A stretch of DNA of 63,935 nucleotides, filler included, from Octopus bimaculoides (Eukaryota): NCBI RefSeq assembly GCF_001194135.2. It is 8 parts of 8 records of this genome, joined end to end, with 100 filler letters (N's around TTAATTAATTAA, not from the genome) between each part and the next. Parts side by side here need not be neighbours in the genome. Positions count along the whole stretch, not along the records: positions 19,705 to 25,291 come from NC_068988.1; positions 25,392 to 53,849 come from NC_068992.1; 6 more parts are not named here. One strand, written 5' to 3'. Below are positions 22,631 through 34,206 of this stretch, piece by piece; within the stretch, counting starts at the first letter, position 1; every line of letters starts with the position of its first letter. The translations under genes and the position numbers were made by a program. The notes beneath the pieces are model-generated. The model was not told the DNA's origin, searched no databases, and saw only the letters and a list, made by a program, of their open reading frames with translations.

Positions 22631-25050
22631 ATTACAGTTACGCGAAGTTAAACGCTCTCTGCCAACGGCTCACAGTGAACTGCTTACCCTGAACTACTGA
22701 CAGTTCTTTATTCTATAGCAGTGAGACAGTCAACTTTAGTCACTTCGGGGTGATCGGAAACCGTCCACAACATCTCCCATTTTTAGAATTAGTCTCCCTT
22801 AATTTCTCCCCTTTTGAGAATTAAACTCCATCCAGAGTTTTAACATCTCTTACACTTAGGGTTCAATTGTAATGTTTCCGTTCTTTTCCATTTTCTAGTG
22901 CTAGAACGTGTAGTTTCAAATTGTTTGGGTGTTGGTATCTCAAACATGTCGTGCAATACTTCTATGGGGATTTCATTGCTCGTGACTGTTTTGTCTGTGA
23001 GTTTTTTAAGATGGTTAATATGTCTTTTATGTTCGACATTTTTCCTTTTACCAGGAATAACATTCTTCCAATTTGTTTAATAATTACACCGTTCTCCTAG
23101 CTTTCTTTACCATAACTAAAGGTTTAAAAAAAAAACTTTGTCACTTAACTTGAATTTTAAAATATTTTTGTTGTTCACCTTTTTTCTATTTTCACTCGGT
23201 ATCAGTTTAGCAAAAACGGATCTGATCTTTCTAGCAAACAATAATTCTGCGTTTGACACTCCAGACGGAATGTTCGGATTAGGTGTTACTCGGTATACTC
23301 TAAGAAATTGTTGAAGTGCAAGGTCATTCATTACTTCATTGTTCGCCTTTTTTTATGACCCTCTTGAAAGTGTTAACAAAACACTCCGCTTGTCCGTTTG
23401 ACTTAGGATGATACGGCGGGGTGGTGACATGTTCGATAACGAACATTCTACAAAATTTCCTGAACTCGTCTGAAGTAAACTGAGTCCCATTATCAGACTC
23501 AATGGTATCAGGAATACCATATCTGGCAAACAATTCGTGTAAAAGACTTACTGTCTTTTTACGCTTATGCACTTCAGGCCACTTTGAAAAACTGTACACT
23601 ACAACAAAGTAATATGAACCCTTAAGTGGACCTACGTACTCAACATGCAGTATGGACCATGGCATATCTGTTTTTGGTCACAGTTGCCATTTAGTGGTAG
23701 GTGTTTTTGTAGCTAGGGCACACCCTCGGCATGCTTTCGCTAGTTCTTCAATGTCACGGTCCATTGTTGGCCAATATACATAACTTCTCATTAACGATTT
23801 CATTATCGAAACCCCTGGGTGATCAATGTGAAATTCCTTTAGTAATCGCTTTTGTAGTGTGGCTGGCACTAAACCGTCACACATTGAGAATAGGTTCGCA
23901 TTTGTGCTGCGCAAATTTTTATCTCTTTTAGCCTTCAGCATTTCTTTAATTTTTTTAATGAGTTTATCGTTTTCCGATTTTAATTTTGTCTTGTAATGCG
24001 ACTGGCAGTTCACATATGACGTTACACAAAACATTTTAAATTTCATTTTCCGCTCGCAACGCAGCAATCACAGTATCTTTAAAAAAATGGTTCAGTATTT
24101 TTAAACATCGGTCTTGATAAACAATCAGCGTGTCTTAATTTCTTAGATGTTATATACTCCTTCTTGAAATCATAGTTTAATAATACAGAACCACAGCATT
24201 GCAACCTATTAGCAGTATGGGTAGGGATTCATTTCTTCAACCCATATATAGTTAATAATGAACGATGATCAGTCTGTAGTCGAAAACTTCTACCATGTAA
24301 AAATCTATGAAATTTTTTTACGGCAAAAACAATCGCTAGACCCGCTTTTTCGATTTGGTTGTAATTTTTTTTGCTGCTGATATCAGAGAACGTGAGGCAT
24401 GAACCACTGCTTTCACGTTACCATCCTTATATTTACGTAGCATTACTCTGAGGCATCTGAAGCTACAACAATCCCCACCGCAAGATCGAAGTGTGCTAAC
24501 GACAAATCAGATGTTACTATTGTTTTAATTTCGTCGAACGCCTTCTGACAATCTCCAGACCAGTTCCATTTGACATATTTTTTTAATAAATTATTTAGTG
24601 GAACTCTAAACTTATGCATATTTGGAATATAATTTTGCTAATAATTTTCCATTTCCTAAAATGCTTGTAAGGTCGCTATATTAGTCGGAAGGGCATATTT
24701 TTAGTTGCGTCTGTCCTCGACGGATCTGGTCGACATCCATTTCTATCATTAATTTGTTCTGAATATTTTATTTTTGGTAAGAAAAATTCAAAGTAAAGCC
24801 GCAACCCCTAATTTTTTCGGACACATATTTTACTTGCTTTACATGTTGGTCCTTGGATCCGCTTTTAATGAGTATATCATCCAGATATGGAAGTGCGAAT
24901 TCACAGTCCGTTAACATTGCATCCATAATTTGTTGAAAAATCACCGGTTCGACTTTTAAGCCAAACAGTAACCTGTTGTATTTATGCTGTTGTTTACGTG
25001 TGTTAATTGTTAGGTATTTAGAGCGTGTAGTGAAACTACCTCTACGCCAT
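22631..25050 (-). mobile_element. Ty3/Gypsy LTR retrotransposon relic (RT-RNase H-integrase, PPT, 3' LTR start)
   Basis: EFALPYLDDILI (24876-24887); WNWSGDCQKAFDEIK; VVASDAS; YNQIEKAGLAIVFAVKKFHRFLHGRSFRLQTDHR; HPGVSIMKSLMRSYVYWPTMDRDIEE..CRGCA; PWSILHVEYVGP..IESDNGTQFTS..PYHPKSNGQAE. Domain order RT-RH-INT. A purine tract aaaaatgggaga is followed by TGTTG at 22772. Confidence 0.92.
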
Positions 25051-25652
25051 TATATACAAACAAACCATCTTCCCCACTGTTATAAATATAATCAAGTGCG
25101 GGCGTAGCAGAGAGCAGCTTGCTGTGTCATCACCTGACTGACTATTCTTTGCGCGGGTAAATTATCTCCACCCGTTCGCCCCAGGACGCAAACTGACCAA
25201 CCACAGCCTCTAATAAGGTCACGTGATAGTGTTTTTCTAATGCTTCTCTGGAGCCTACCTTCAGCTATAAATAGCCTAAATTATACCCGCCNNNNNNNNN
25301 NNNNNNNNNNNNNNNNNNNNNNNNNNNNNNNNNNNTTAATTAATTAANNNNNNNNNNNNNNNNNNNNNNNNNNNNNNNNNNNNNNNNNNNNTATATATAT
25401 ATATATATGTATGTATACTGCCATCGATCCATGTTTCCCTCCCTCCATTCAGCCAGCCACCCATCCATCCGTATATCCCTCCTTCTATCCTTCTTGCCAT
25501 TCATCCGCCCGTCCCTTCAACCGTGCATCCATCTAGCCATCTCTTTATACATATATACTTACGTACTTACATGCATTATATATGAATACTTATTATATAC
25601 ACACATTCGCACATGCATTGATCACACTTTTACATATATATACATACATACA

Positions 25653-25684
<32 letters not shown>

Positions 25685-26104
25685 CAAATATATATTTGTA
25701 TACACACACAAACTCACACACATATATACACAAATATAATAGTAAGGGTTTCTTTTATGTTCTTCTTCCATTTCTCATTGTTTTTCTAAGCGACCCTTAA
25801 CCTTTGGCCGTTGCTGTTTGGAAGATTATTTGTTTATTTCCTCATAACTTACGAAATATTTATTCCATTCACTTGAAATTTTCCCAAAAGATAGATATTA
25901 GATATATCTAAATATGTGTAAAATATCTGGTCTCAACGTTTTGTTAATCTTCTATGATAAATATTTCAATACACTTATTCTTACTGACCCTTATATTATG
26001 GCCGCTACTGTATGAAGATATATATGTATACATACATACAACCATACATACATACATACATACATACATACATACATACATACATACGTATTATGTATAT
26101 AATG

Positions 26105-26420
26105 TATAAACGCATTTATACATTTATACACGATACATTTCAAGTTTGAGATGCTTTCAGGAGAGACATTTCAAAGAAATACAAAACTCTAATCTTCTTG
26201 CACGTGTTGTAGCGCTCTAGTCACTTCGTGAAGGCCCCATGGAAGTCCTCCTTCTCAATTTCTTCAAAGCGACTCTCCTTGAGGTTCTCTTCCAGCTTGG
26301 GGAACAACCAAAAGTCTTAGGGAACAAGGTCTGGACTGTTGTGGGTGGGAGTCGGTTAGGGAGAGTTTTGATACCCATTTCTGTCAAGTAGTTGGTTACT
26401 ACGATGGAATTGTGGAATGG
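26105..26420 (-). mobile_element. Mariner transposase 3' relic
   Basis: RDNAPFHNSIVVTNYLTEMGIKTL followed by frameshifted SPDLxPxDFWLFPKL-like sequence. Confidence 0.65.
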
Positions 26421-26756
26421 AGCATTGTCTCGATACCGGTGCCTTTAACCAAAGTAGAAAAGCTTCGGCCTTCTGCAACGAAATCTCTTCAATCTGGATC
26501 TTAAAATCTTGGTTAGTCTACTAACTAGATGTATAGTAACAATATTACTAAAATTGCATTAATCTAGAACTGTTATAAAAGACAGAGGCAGTATTAATAC
26601 TGAGAGATAATATTTATCCCAACTTAAACGTAGAAGTTCTGTTAGAACAAACTTTACTGTGGAAGACACCTCGAGAGAAACTCTCAAATAGGCTTTTTTG
26701 GTGCCAAATACACTCTTTGATTATATTGCTAGCGGGGAAGAAAAATCCTCGCTACC

Positions 26757-27307
26757 TATCCAAATTAACATGGATGCCTTGTTAGATCACCAAATACTGT
26801 GTTATTAGCCTAGAGAGACCTATGCGCTTGGTGCATAAAAGCACACAGATAGACCGTAGCAGACGGCAATCGTCTGTTATCGGTGCCGGAGTTCCCATAT
26901 TAAGTTGTTTCGGTCTATTGGACCTCTTCACTGGGTATAATTGTTTCTCTTTTGGTATTTATGCTACTTCCGTCGTTAATAATTAATTTTTAATAAGCCA
27001 ATTGATAATTAATTTTTAATACGACTGCCGACTATTATAGCGACATCAGCGTCTCAAAAGATGTTGATATTCTATATATCACAGCAGCGAGATTCGACTG
27101 GAATTCGATGATCGGTGCTTCCCGTTGACAATTTCCTATAGACCGAAATCACGTGCTATGAGAATTCCAGCACCCATGACAGACAAATTTCGTCTGCTAC
27201 GATCAGTGTGTGTGCTGCTGGGCACCAAACGCCTATATGAGAGGATCTGTCCTGGCTAATAACGCAGTATTTGATGTTCTAAAAAGGCAGCCATGTTAAG
27301 TTGGATA
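26757..27307. mobile_element. MITE with about 170-bp diverged TIRs
   Basis: tatccaaattaacatggatgcc..caaatactgtgttattagcc..cgtagcagacg..tttcggtctat versus atagaccgaaa..cgtctgctacg..ggctaataacgcagtatttg..ggcagccatgttaagttggata. Confidence 0.7.
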
Positions 27308-27326
27308 TACATACATACATACGCAC

Positions 27327-27357
<31 letters not shown>

Positions 27358-27948
27358 GATATATTTATGATTATAAATTACATACATAGATAGATAGATA
27401 CATATATACACACATACATATATGTATATAAAATATATACTTATATATATAAGATAAACTTATATATATAGGTATATCTTATGTTGTATGTGTATATATT
27501 ATTAATTTGCCTGTACGGCTGATAAACTCGCTGGCCTCAAGCGATGCTATTTTAATAGGTGCTAAGAAACACCTACATTGCTAGAAATACTAGCTAAAAT
27601 GCTCTAATACTGTAGGCACTTTATTTCATTAAACTCGAAAGAATGAAGGGCTAAGTCAACCTCGGTGGAATTTGACCTCACATCGTAAAGACGGGCGAAA
27701 TGGCGTTAAACATGTGGTCTGGAGTTAAACATGTTGTCCGGCGTGCAAGCGATTCTGCCAGATCACCGACTTACACACGTATACACACACATACATACAC
27801 ACCTACACGCGCGCACACACATTTTTTTTATAAATTCCATTTGCAAATGTAATACGTTAGTTACTGTCTTATCGAATATGCTATACATAAAAGCGAATAT
27901 TTATAAATATTTGCCATTATATTATTATCGATTCTTCACATTTAGAAT

Positions 27949-28083
27949 TTAGATTTGTATTTTTAGTTTTCTTTTTTTTTTAATATAATTTTGAATTATT
28001 TTCGGGTCATATTTATCTCCATCCCGTGGAGCACTCGTGCGCCACATTTCTATGTTCGGCTGTCCCAAATGTATCGCATGGAA
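27949..28083 (-). CDS. Host gene 1, putative last coding exon
   Basis: Acceptor tttctctgctctttgaacacaag|, phase 0, FHAIHLGQPNIEMWRTSAPRDGDKYDPKIIQNYIKKKRKLKIQI-stop; phase matches the preceding exon. Confidence 0.5.
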   Translation of the reverse strand, partial: FHAIHLGQPNIEMWRTSAPRDGDKYDPKIIQNYIKKKRKLKIQI

Positions 28084-28406
28084 CTTGTGTTCAAAGAGCA
28101 GAGAAATTGAGAGATCGAATTAGTAAATGTAAGACGAATTGGTCGAATCGGTAGAGCATCGAATAGAATGCTCATAGTATCTGCTCTACGTTCCGAGTTC
28201 AAATCCTGCTGAGGTCAACTTCATCTTTCATCCTTACTGTATCGATAAAAAAAAATCTCAGCTCTTCAGATTAACCTGGGGAGGTGGATTTGGAGGACTA
28301 TAAAACAACTCGACCGAACAACTCAGTATTTTTTCCGACTCTACGTTCTGAGTTCAAATCCTGCCGAGATCAACTTTGCTTTCTGTGTTCAAATCCCACC
28401 ATGGCC

Positions 28407-28438
<32 letters not shown>

Positions 28439-28757
28439 TGCGTGCGCGCGCGCGTGTATGACTGACTCTGTCACCCGGTTAAACACCACTACTTGACACC
28501 CTGGATATCTTTAACCAACCTCTCACTTATAGAATACCTCCGGCTATTTGTTCTGATGCTTTACGTTCTGAGTTCAGTTTCAACCGAGGACAACTTTTCT
28601 TTCCAGCCTTTCGAGTTCAATGAAAAAAGCTAAACAAATTCGGGTTAGAAGAGTATCAGAACTGTAAGAAAATCGAACCAGATGCCTTTCAGTGTTTACT
28701 CCGGCACTTTGCATTCAGATATCTTGATTTGTTTGTGTAGCAGACGGAATCTCTCAC

Positions 28758-28887
28758 CTGGTTTAACTCTGAAGTTTTGTCAGTGGTTTCAAAGCGACGA
28801 AAATATTTCAACACACGGTTTTTGTGTGTTCTTGAATGGCTTACAAACATCTTCCACGCTGCAATCGCCTTTGTTTCAGCACACAAT
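28758..28887 (-). CDS. Host gene 1, internal exon (130 nt)
   Basis: Weak acceptor ttgatctaag|; 1 nt plus 43 open codons LCAETKAIAAWKMFVSHSRTHKNRVLKYFRRFETTDKTSELNQ; donor CAG|gtgaga. Confidence 0.6.
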
Positions 28888-28996
28888 CTTAGATCAAGTC
28901 ACTTACTATGCAAATACATCTCCGTAACATTTTGTTTAAATTTTTGTGCTAAGTCTCAAGTTTGAGGATAACTTCATACCTCCCGCCTGCTCTCAC

Positions 28997-29052
28997 TTTC
29001 TCACACCAATCTCGAAGGCCCTGTGATGGGTCATAGATACGAGTTTCCCTTG
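28997..29052 (-). CDS. Host gene 1, internal mini-exon (56 nt)
   Basis: Acceptor ttttatatcttttatcag|, QGKLVSMTHHRAFEIGVR plus AA, donor AAA|gtgaga; phase 0 in and phase 2 out, bridging its neighbours exactly. Confidence 0.55.
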
Positions 29053-29118
29053 CTGATAAAAGATATAAAAAGCAACTACAACAGAAACAACAACAACAAC
29101 AGCAGCAGCAGCAGCAGC

Positions 29119-29163
<45 letters not shown>

Positions 29164-29188
29164 GACAACAACAACAACAACAACTTAC

Positions 29189-29335
29189 TTTAGTCCGTTG
29201 TTCAGCAATGGTTTTCTGGGTGATCAGCTTACAGGTGAGGGCGCGTTCTTTTACCAACTGTTCACGGAGTTCCTCACATCGTTCTAACAACGCTCCTTCT
29301 CCTTGTTTGATGGCCTCGATGGTCATATTGGCCTC
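29189..29335 (-). CDS. Host gene 1, coiled-coil-like exon (147 nt)
   Basis: Acceptor tttccattgttcag|, EANMTIEAIKQGEGALLERCEELREQLVKERALTCKLITQKTIAEQRTK, donor AAA|gtaagt; phase 0/0; the other frames are closed. Confidence 0.75.
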
Positions 29336-30204
29336 CTGAACAATGGAAACATGCTTCTTTTTACTTACCCTGCTGGACTCATGCCCACCACCTTCAAAAA
29401 GCTTACTTGCCAACCCTTTGTATAGAGATGATACCGAGTACTTCCCTGAACTACTGCTGCTACCACCGCTTTTACAACTGCTACTGCTACCGCTACTACG
29501 GCTGCATTTGATGCTTCCGCAATAACTACTGCTACTACTACTACTATTCATTAGGTGTAATAATGTAATTAACTCTCCTCATAATCATCGATTTTACCGT
29601 TATCATTATCGTTGTTAAACCCAACGGGACCCTTCAAAATAGCACCACCACCAACACTAGCAACTCTATTCCGTGTATAGCTAATACAGTTACACTTGTT
29701 CATGCTAACTATAGATAATGTGTGTATATATATATATATATATTTGTGTGTGTGTGTGTGTGTATATATAAATATATTTATATACACGTTCGGCGAAAAC
29801 CCCAGGGAAAAGGATTATATTTGCACTGCATTAAATCTCTTGGAACTAATGCAAGTACCGAAAGTGAAGTCATCAAACGAAGAATGTAGTTAGTCCATGT
29901 AATTCACATGTATAAATGTGAAGTTTTATGGCTTTCCTACGTCTTTCGTGAGGAATGGTGTAACCCACACACACATACACACACACAACAAGCCATCGTT
30001 GTTGTTGCTGTTTGTTGTTTTTGTTGTTATCGACGTTGCGTTTAATGACGTCATAGTGAGGATTATATTTTACCGGAAGTTCTCAAGTTTATAAGGGATG
30101 ACGTTTGTTTCGATTCTATCTTAGTAGAAAAGTTTGTACATCACAAATATGTGGGAGGGGGGGAGTTTGAGAATTTGCCAAACGGAATTAATAGCTGCAG
30201 GCAA

Positions 30205-30554
30205 GATGTGAAATATAGGCTCATATGAATTGGTAATATGACCAGGTCAAATATGAAATGTGGAACGTATTGAGCAGTAATACACCCAGATCAGATATTA
30301 AAAATGGGCCCATATTAATTAGTAATGTGACCAGGTCAGATATTAAAAGTGGGCCCTATGAATTGGTAATATGACCAAGTTAAATGTGGAATGTGGGCCG
30401 TATTGATTGGTAATATACCCAGGTCAGATTTATTTAAAGTAGGCTCATAGGAATTAGTAATGTGACCAGGACAGATATTAAAAGTGAGCCCATATAAATT
30501 TGGAATGTGACCAAGTCAAATGCGAAATGTGAGTCTGTATCAACTGGTAATATG
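30205..30554. repeat. About 45-bp minisatellite, about 8 units, with 3-unit higher-order pattern
   Basis: Units start gtaat(a/g)tgacca(g/a)gtca; units 1/4/7, 2/5 and 3/6 resemble each other most. Confidence 0.8.
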
Positions 30555-30655
30555 GAGGCGCATGGCTTGGTGGTTAGGGGTGTTGGACTCATGATCGTAG
30601 GATTGTGGTTTCGATTCGTAGACCGGGCGATGTGTTGTGTTCTTGAGCAAAGTAC
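30553..30655 (+). mobile_element. tRNA-derived SINE head
   Basis: tggaggcgcatggcttggtggttag..gtttcgattc..gtgttgtgttcttgagcaa; same family as 36788-37130. Confidence 0.7.
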
Positions 30656-31599
30656 TAGCGCCCCTGAGGGTAATATTCTCTGGGAACGCACAAAAGACCT
30701 TTTCAGAGTTATTTACTTTGAATTGTTAATATCTCATACCTGATTAGCCTGTTATTACGTAACATGCTTCACGATTTTAGTATATATACTTTATTAGTAT
30801 TTCCTCCTATGTTCTATATACTCAGGGAATGCATTAAAGCCCTTTTCGGGGCCACTTTATTTGAGTTCTTACTATCAGGTAACTAATTTCATGTTATTAT
30901 ATAACTGACCTCACAATTTCAATATTCATAACTTATTGGGAATTCCTAAAAACAAGATCCTGTGTAAGACAGTTCGGTATTCTCTGTAAATGCACAAAAA
31001 CTGTTTTAAGGGCTACATACTTTGTATTGTTGTTACTGGATTAGCGAAACAATTATGAGAACGGAACCAAGGGATAAGTCCCGCTTTCCCGGGAATTACC
31101 GGGTACGTCAGGTAGTATATATATATATATATATNNNNNNNNNNNNNNNNNNNNNNNNNNNNNNNNNNNNNNNNNNNNNNNNNNNNNNNNNNNNNNNNNN
31201 NNNNNNNNNNNNNNNNNNNNNNNNNNNNNNNNNNNNNNNNNNNNNNNNNNNNNNNNNNNNNNNNNNNNNNNNNNNNNNNNNNNNNNNNNNNNNNNNNNNN
31301 NNNNNNNNNNNNNNNNNNNNNNNNNNNNNNNNNNNNNNNNNNNNNNNNNNNNNNNNNNNNNNNNNNNNNNNNNNNNNNNNNNNNNNNNNNNNNNNNNNNN
31401 NNNNNNNNNNNNNNNNNNNNNNNNNNNNNNNNNNNNNNNNNNNNNNNNNNNNNNNNNNNNNNNNNNNNNNNNNNNNNNNNNNNNNNNNNNNNNNNNNNNN
31501 NNNNNNNNNNNNNNNNNNNNNNNNNNNNNNNNNNNNNNNNNNNNNNNNNNNNNNNNNNNNNNNNTATATATACATACATATATGGTATGCATACACATA

Positions 31600-31790
31600 C
31601 ACGTATGTGTGTGTGTTTGTTTTTGTCCCCACACGTGTTTACATCCCTGTAACTTAGTGGTACGTCGAAAGAGACAAATAGAATAAGTATGAGGCTTTAA
31701 AATAACAAAATAAGTCCTGGGATCGAATCGTTCGACTGAAAACTCTTAAAACTGGTGCTCCAGCATGGCCGCAGCCAAGTAAAACATAAA
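31600..31790 (+). mobile_element. SINE 3' half (family with internal microsatellite)
   Basis: gtgtttacatccctgtaacttag..gaataagta..aagtcctggg..ggtgctccagcatggccgcag; homologous to 35198, 42470 and 55743. Confidence 0.7.
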
Positions 31791-31886
31791 CGATAAGCCC
31801 TTTTGCCCGGCAAGCTAAAAGAATCCACCCCACCGCCACCGCCTTAACTAAACAGTAAGATCACATAAACTCATACAGTTACTTAC

Positions 31887-32681
31887 AATGTTTTCAATTT
31901 GGTGTCTCAGACTGATGCAGTCAGGTTCCAAATCTGTAGTAATCGCATTGTCTTTCAGTTTGTTTGATTTTTCCCTCAGAGGAAAATATTGAGCTTCATC
32001 ATTCAAGTCGCTTGTAGACCCCCAATTATCATCTTTCTTTACAACAATCATATGTTCAGAGAAGCCATCTTCGTCAGAAACCAATAAGTCATCATCCAAC
32101 GGCAATGATTTAGACTTGTAATTAGCCTTGCTACTTTTTTTCAGAGCGCTGTAGTTGATATTACCCGCGATAGAGTTTTTGTCTTTTGTGTTTCTGCCTA
32201 GGTTTTGAATATTGAAAGGAGCATTAATGGATCTTAATAAATGCTCTTCCGTCTTAGCACCCTTCGTCAATGGTGCATTTTTTACGATATTACTAGTTTT
32301 TAATACAGCACATTCCTCGTCAGACGATACATGGGAACGATTTAGTGAAAGATTCTGAAGGAGTGCCAAACTTCGTTCTTCGGCGCCTTTAAACGAAATC
32401 TTTGGATTCTTAAAGACAAATGGAACATCGTCGGATAAAACTGAAGATGCAGAATCAGAAATGGCGCAGCATTTGGTAATAGGGTAGTTACAGGCAACAA
32501 GTCCGTCCGACGTATTTCTTTCGAGCTTGGAGTTCCACCTGTCACCGAAACGGTCTTGGATACTGTCGTGTTTTTGTCTGTATTTTTCTCTCTCGATGCA
32601 TTTTTGCATTTCCGGAGCAGCAGACAATATACTAATATCCGAAAGTCTTTTACTGTTCGTTGGTTGTGGGCAAGAATTCAT
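31887..32681 (-). CDS. Host gene 1, large coding exon (265 codons, S/K/D/N-rich, likely disordered); product unknown
   Basis: 795-nt stop-free frame from ATG 32681 to the donor ATT|gtaagt at 31887; strong acceptor ctctctcctctttcctctgtag| at 32723/32722; no TE motifs. Confidence 0.85.
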
Positions 32682-32829
32682 GTCTTTATTTGTTGAAGAT
32701 GCATAAATTCAATATTCTGGTCCTACAGAGGAAAGAGGAGAGAGGTTCAGAACAGGAAGTTGGAAATTAAGAGAGGTTAAAAGTACAGAAATGGCAATAA
32801 TAATAATTTTCTTTGGAAATTAATCGCAA

Positions 32830-32914
32830 AAATAACGACGACGATAACAACAATAACAACAATAACAACAATAACAACAATAACGATAATGAAATGATAA
32901 CAATATCAATAACA

Positions 32915-32950
<36 letters not shown>

Positions 32951-32970
32951 TGATGATGATGATGATGATG

Positions 32971-33021
<51 letters not shown>

Positions 33022-33041
33022 TGATGATGATGATGATGATG

Positions 33042-33116
<75 letters not shown>

Positions 33117-33145
33117 TGATGATGGTGATGATAATGTTGATGATG
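32830..33145. repeat. Compound (AAC)/(GAT)/(AAT) microsatellite in intron
   Basis: Direct reading. Confidence 0.95.
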
Positions 33146-33327
33146 ATTTCTTTATTTACTACGAAGGGTTCACAAGCATATCGGGAGCGATCCAATGTAA
33201 TGTGATGTTGGGGTTATATGAGGGCATGTAAAGAGTAAAGCAAAAACAAACAAACAAACAAATAAATAAGAATTCTTTAGCGTTCGGTATACCCTTCTAT
33301 ATTTTTCATCATTTTCTCCCCTCTTAC

Positions 33328-33630
33328 TTTTTTCTGCTCCCATGACGACGATCTTCCCCCACCCCACTTTCCTCCCACCCTTCATCATTTGGCAGGAAAT
33401 TGAATGAGGAATGTAGAGGCTAATAGGTGCCAATGTATACATTGGTTGTTTGTGTTGGTGCTTTATGTGGGGCTGGAAATTCTCTGTGTGGTTTCCTTTT
33501 TTTGGAAGATGTGCCAATCGACGTCTTGGCTCTGGCTTTTGCTGACCATCTCGTTCCTCGGATATTCCTGCTGTTGTTGATGATGTTAGAATTGCGGTGT
33601 TGGTAACATCAGTGTTTACAAGCCCCTTGC
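33328..33630 (-). CDS. Possible upstream exon of host gene 1 (303 nt, phase 1/1)
   Basis: Acceptor ttttcttccatcag|, open frame KGLVNTDVTNTAILTSSTTAGISEERDGQQKPEPRRRLAHLPKK..VMGAEK, donor A|gtaaga. Confidence 0.45.
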
Positions 33631-33920
33631 CTGATGGAAGAAAACTCTAAAGGAATTAGTGATGCTGCATGGGCAACCCTTGGCTCTCCCGCTGCCCATC
33701 ATAAGTATTATAGAACTCCCACTCTCTAAATAAATAAATAAATAAATAAAATCAGGCGTTTTTAAAATATTCTAAGGTATGAGCAGCATGTGAGCCCCTG
33801 TTCTGAGCTCCGACCAATTTTGACAGGAAGTCCTCTCAAGCTGATAATCTTAACATGCTCCTCTATGATTTCTGTAAAACTTTGGTGAGTGTCCCAATGG
33901 TTACTTGTCGCCCTATTTAG

Positions 33921-34206
33921 CAGGGATCCCCAACCACCAGACATTGACTCAGTTGTTACCAAGCCGCACAGGAAGAATACATTTTTAACTTTACTTCTAT
34001 TTTAATGGCTACCGCAGTTTGTTGGGTGTTTTTTTTGCATTATGTATGTATTATTGTATATGTATTGTTTATGTATTATATATGTAATAACTAAATTATA
34101 TATTATGCTCTTTATTGTGCTTTATTATGCGCGTGTTCCCTCTCTCTGTGGAAAAACTGTTTTGCATGAAACCCGTCTGTGGCACAAAAAGAGCTGGTGA
34201 CCGCTG
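33921..34206. mobile_element. hAT/Charlie-type non-autonomous element
   Basis: Ends cagggatccccaacc ... aaaaagagctggtgaccgctg resemble the CAGxGGTCCCCAACC..GGTTGGGGACCxCTG hAT termini; no clean 8-bp TSD. Confidence 0.5.

Noticed and set aside
28949-29190. Poly-Cys protein from the 200-aa ORF
   Set aside because: The (GTT/GCT)n tract lies between a consensus donor (29188) and acceptor (29053); it is intronic.
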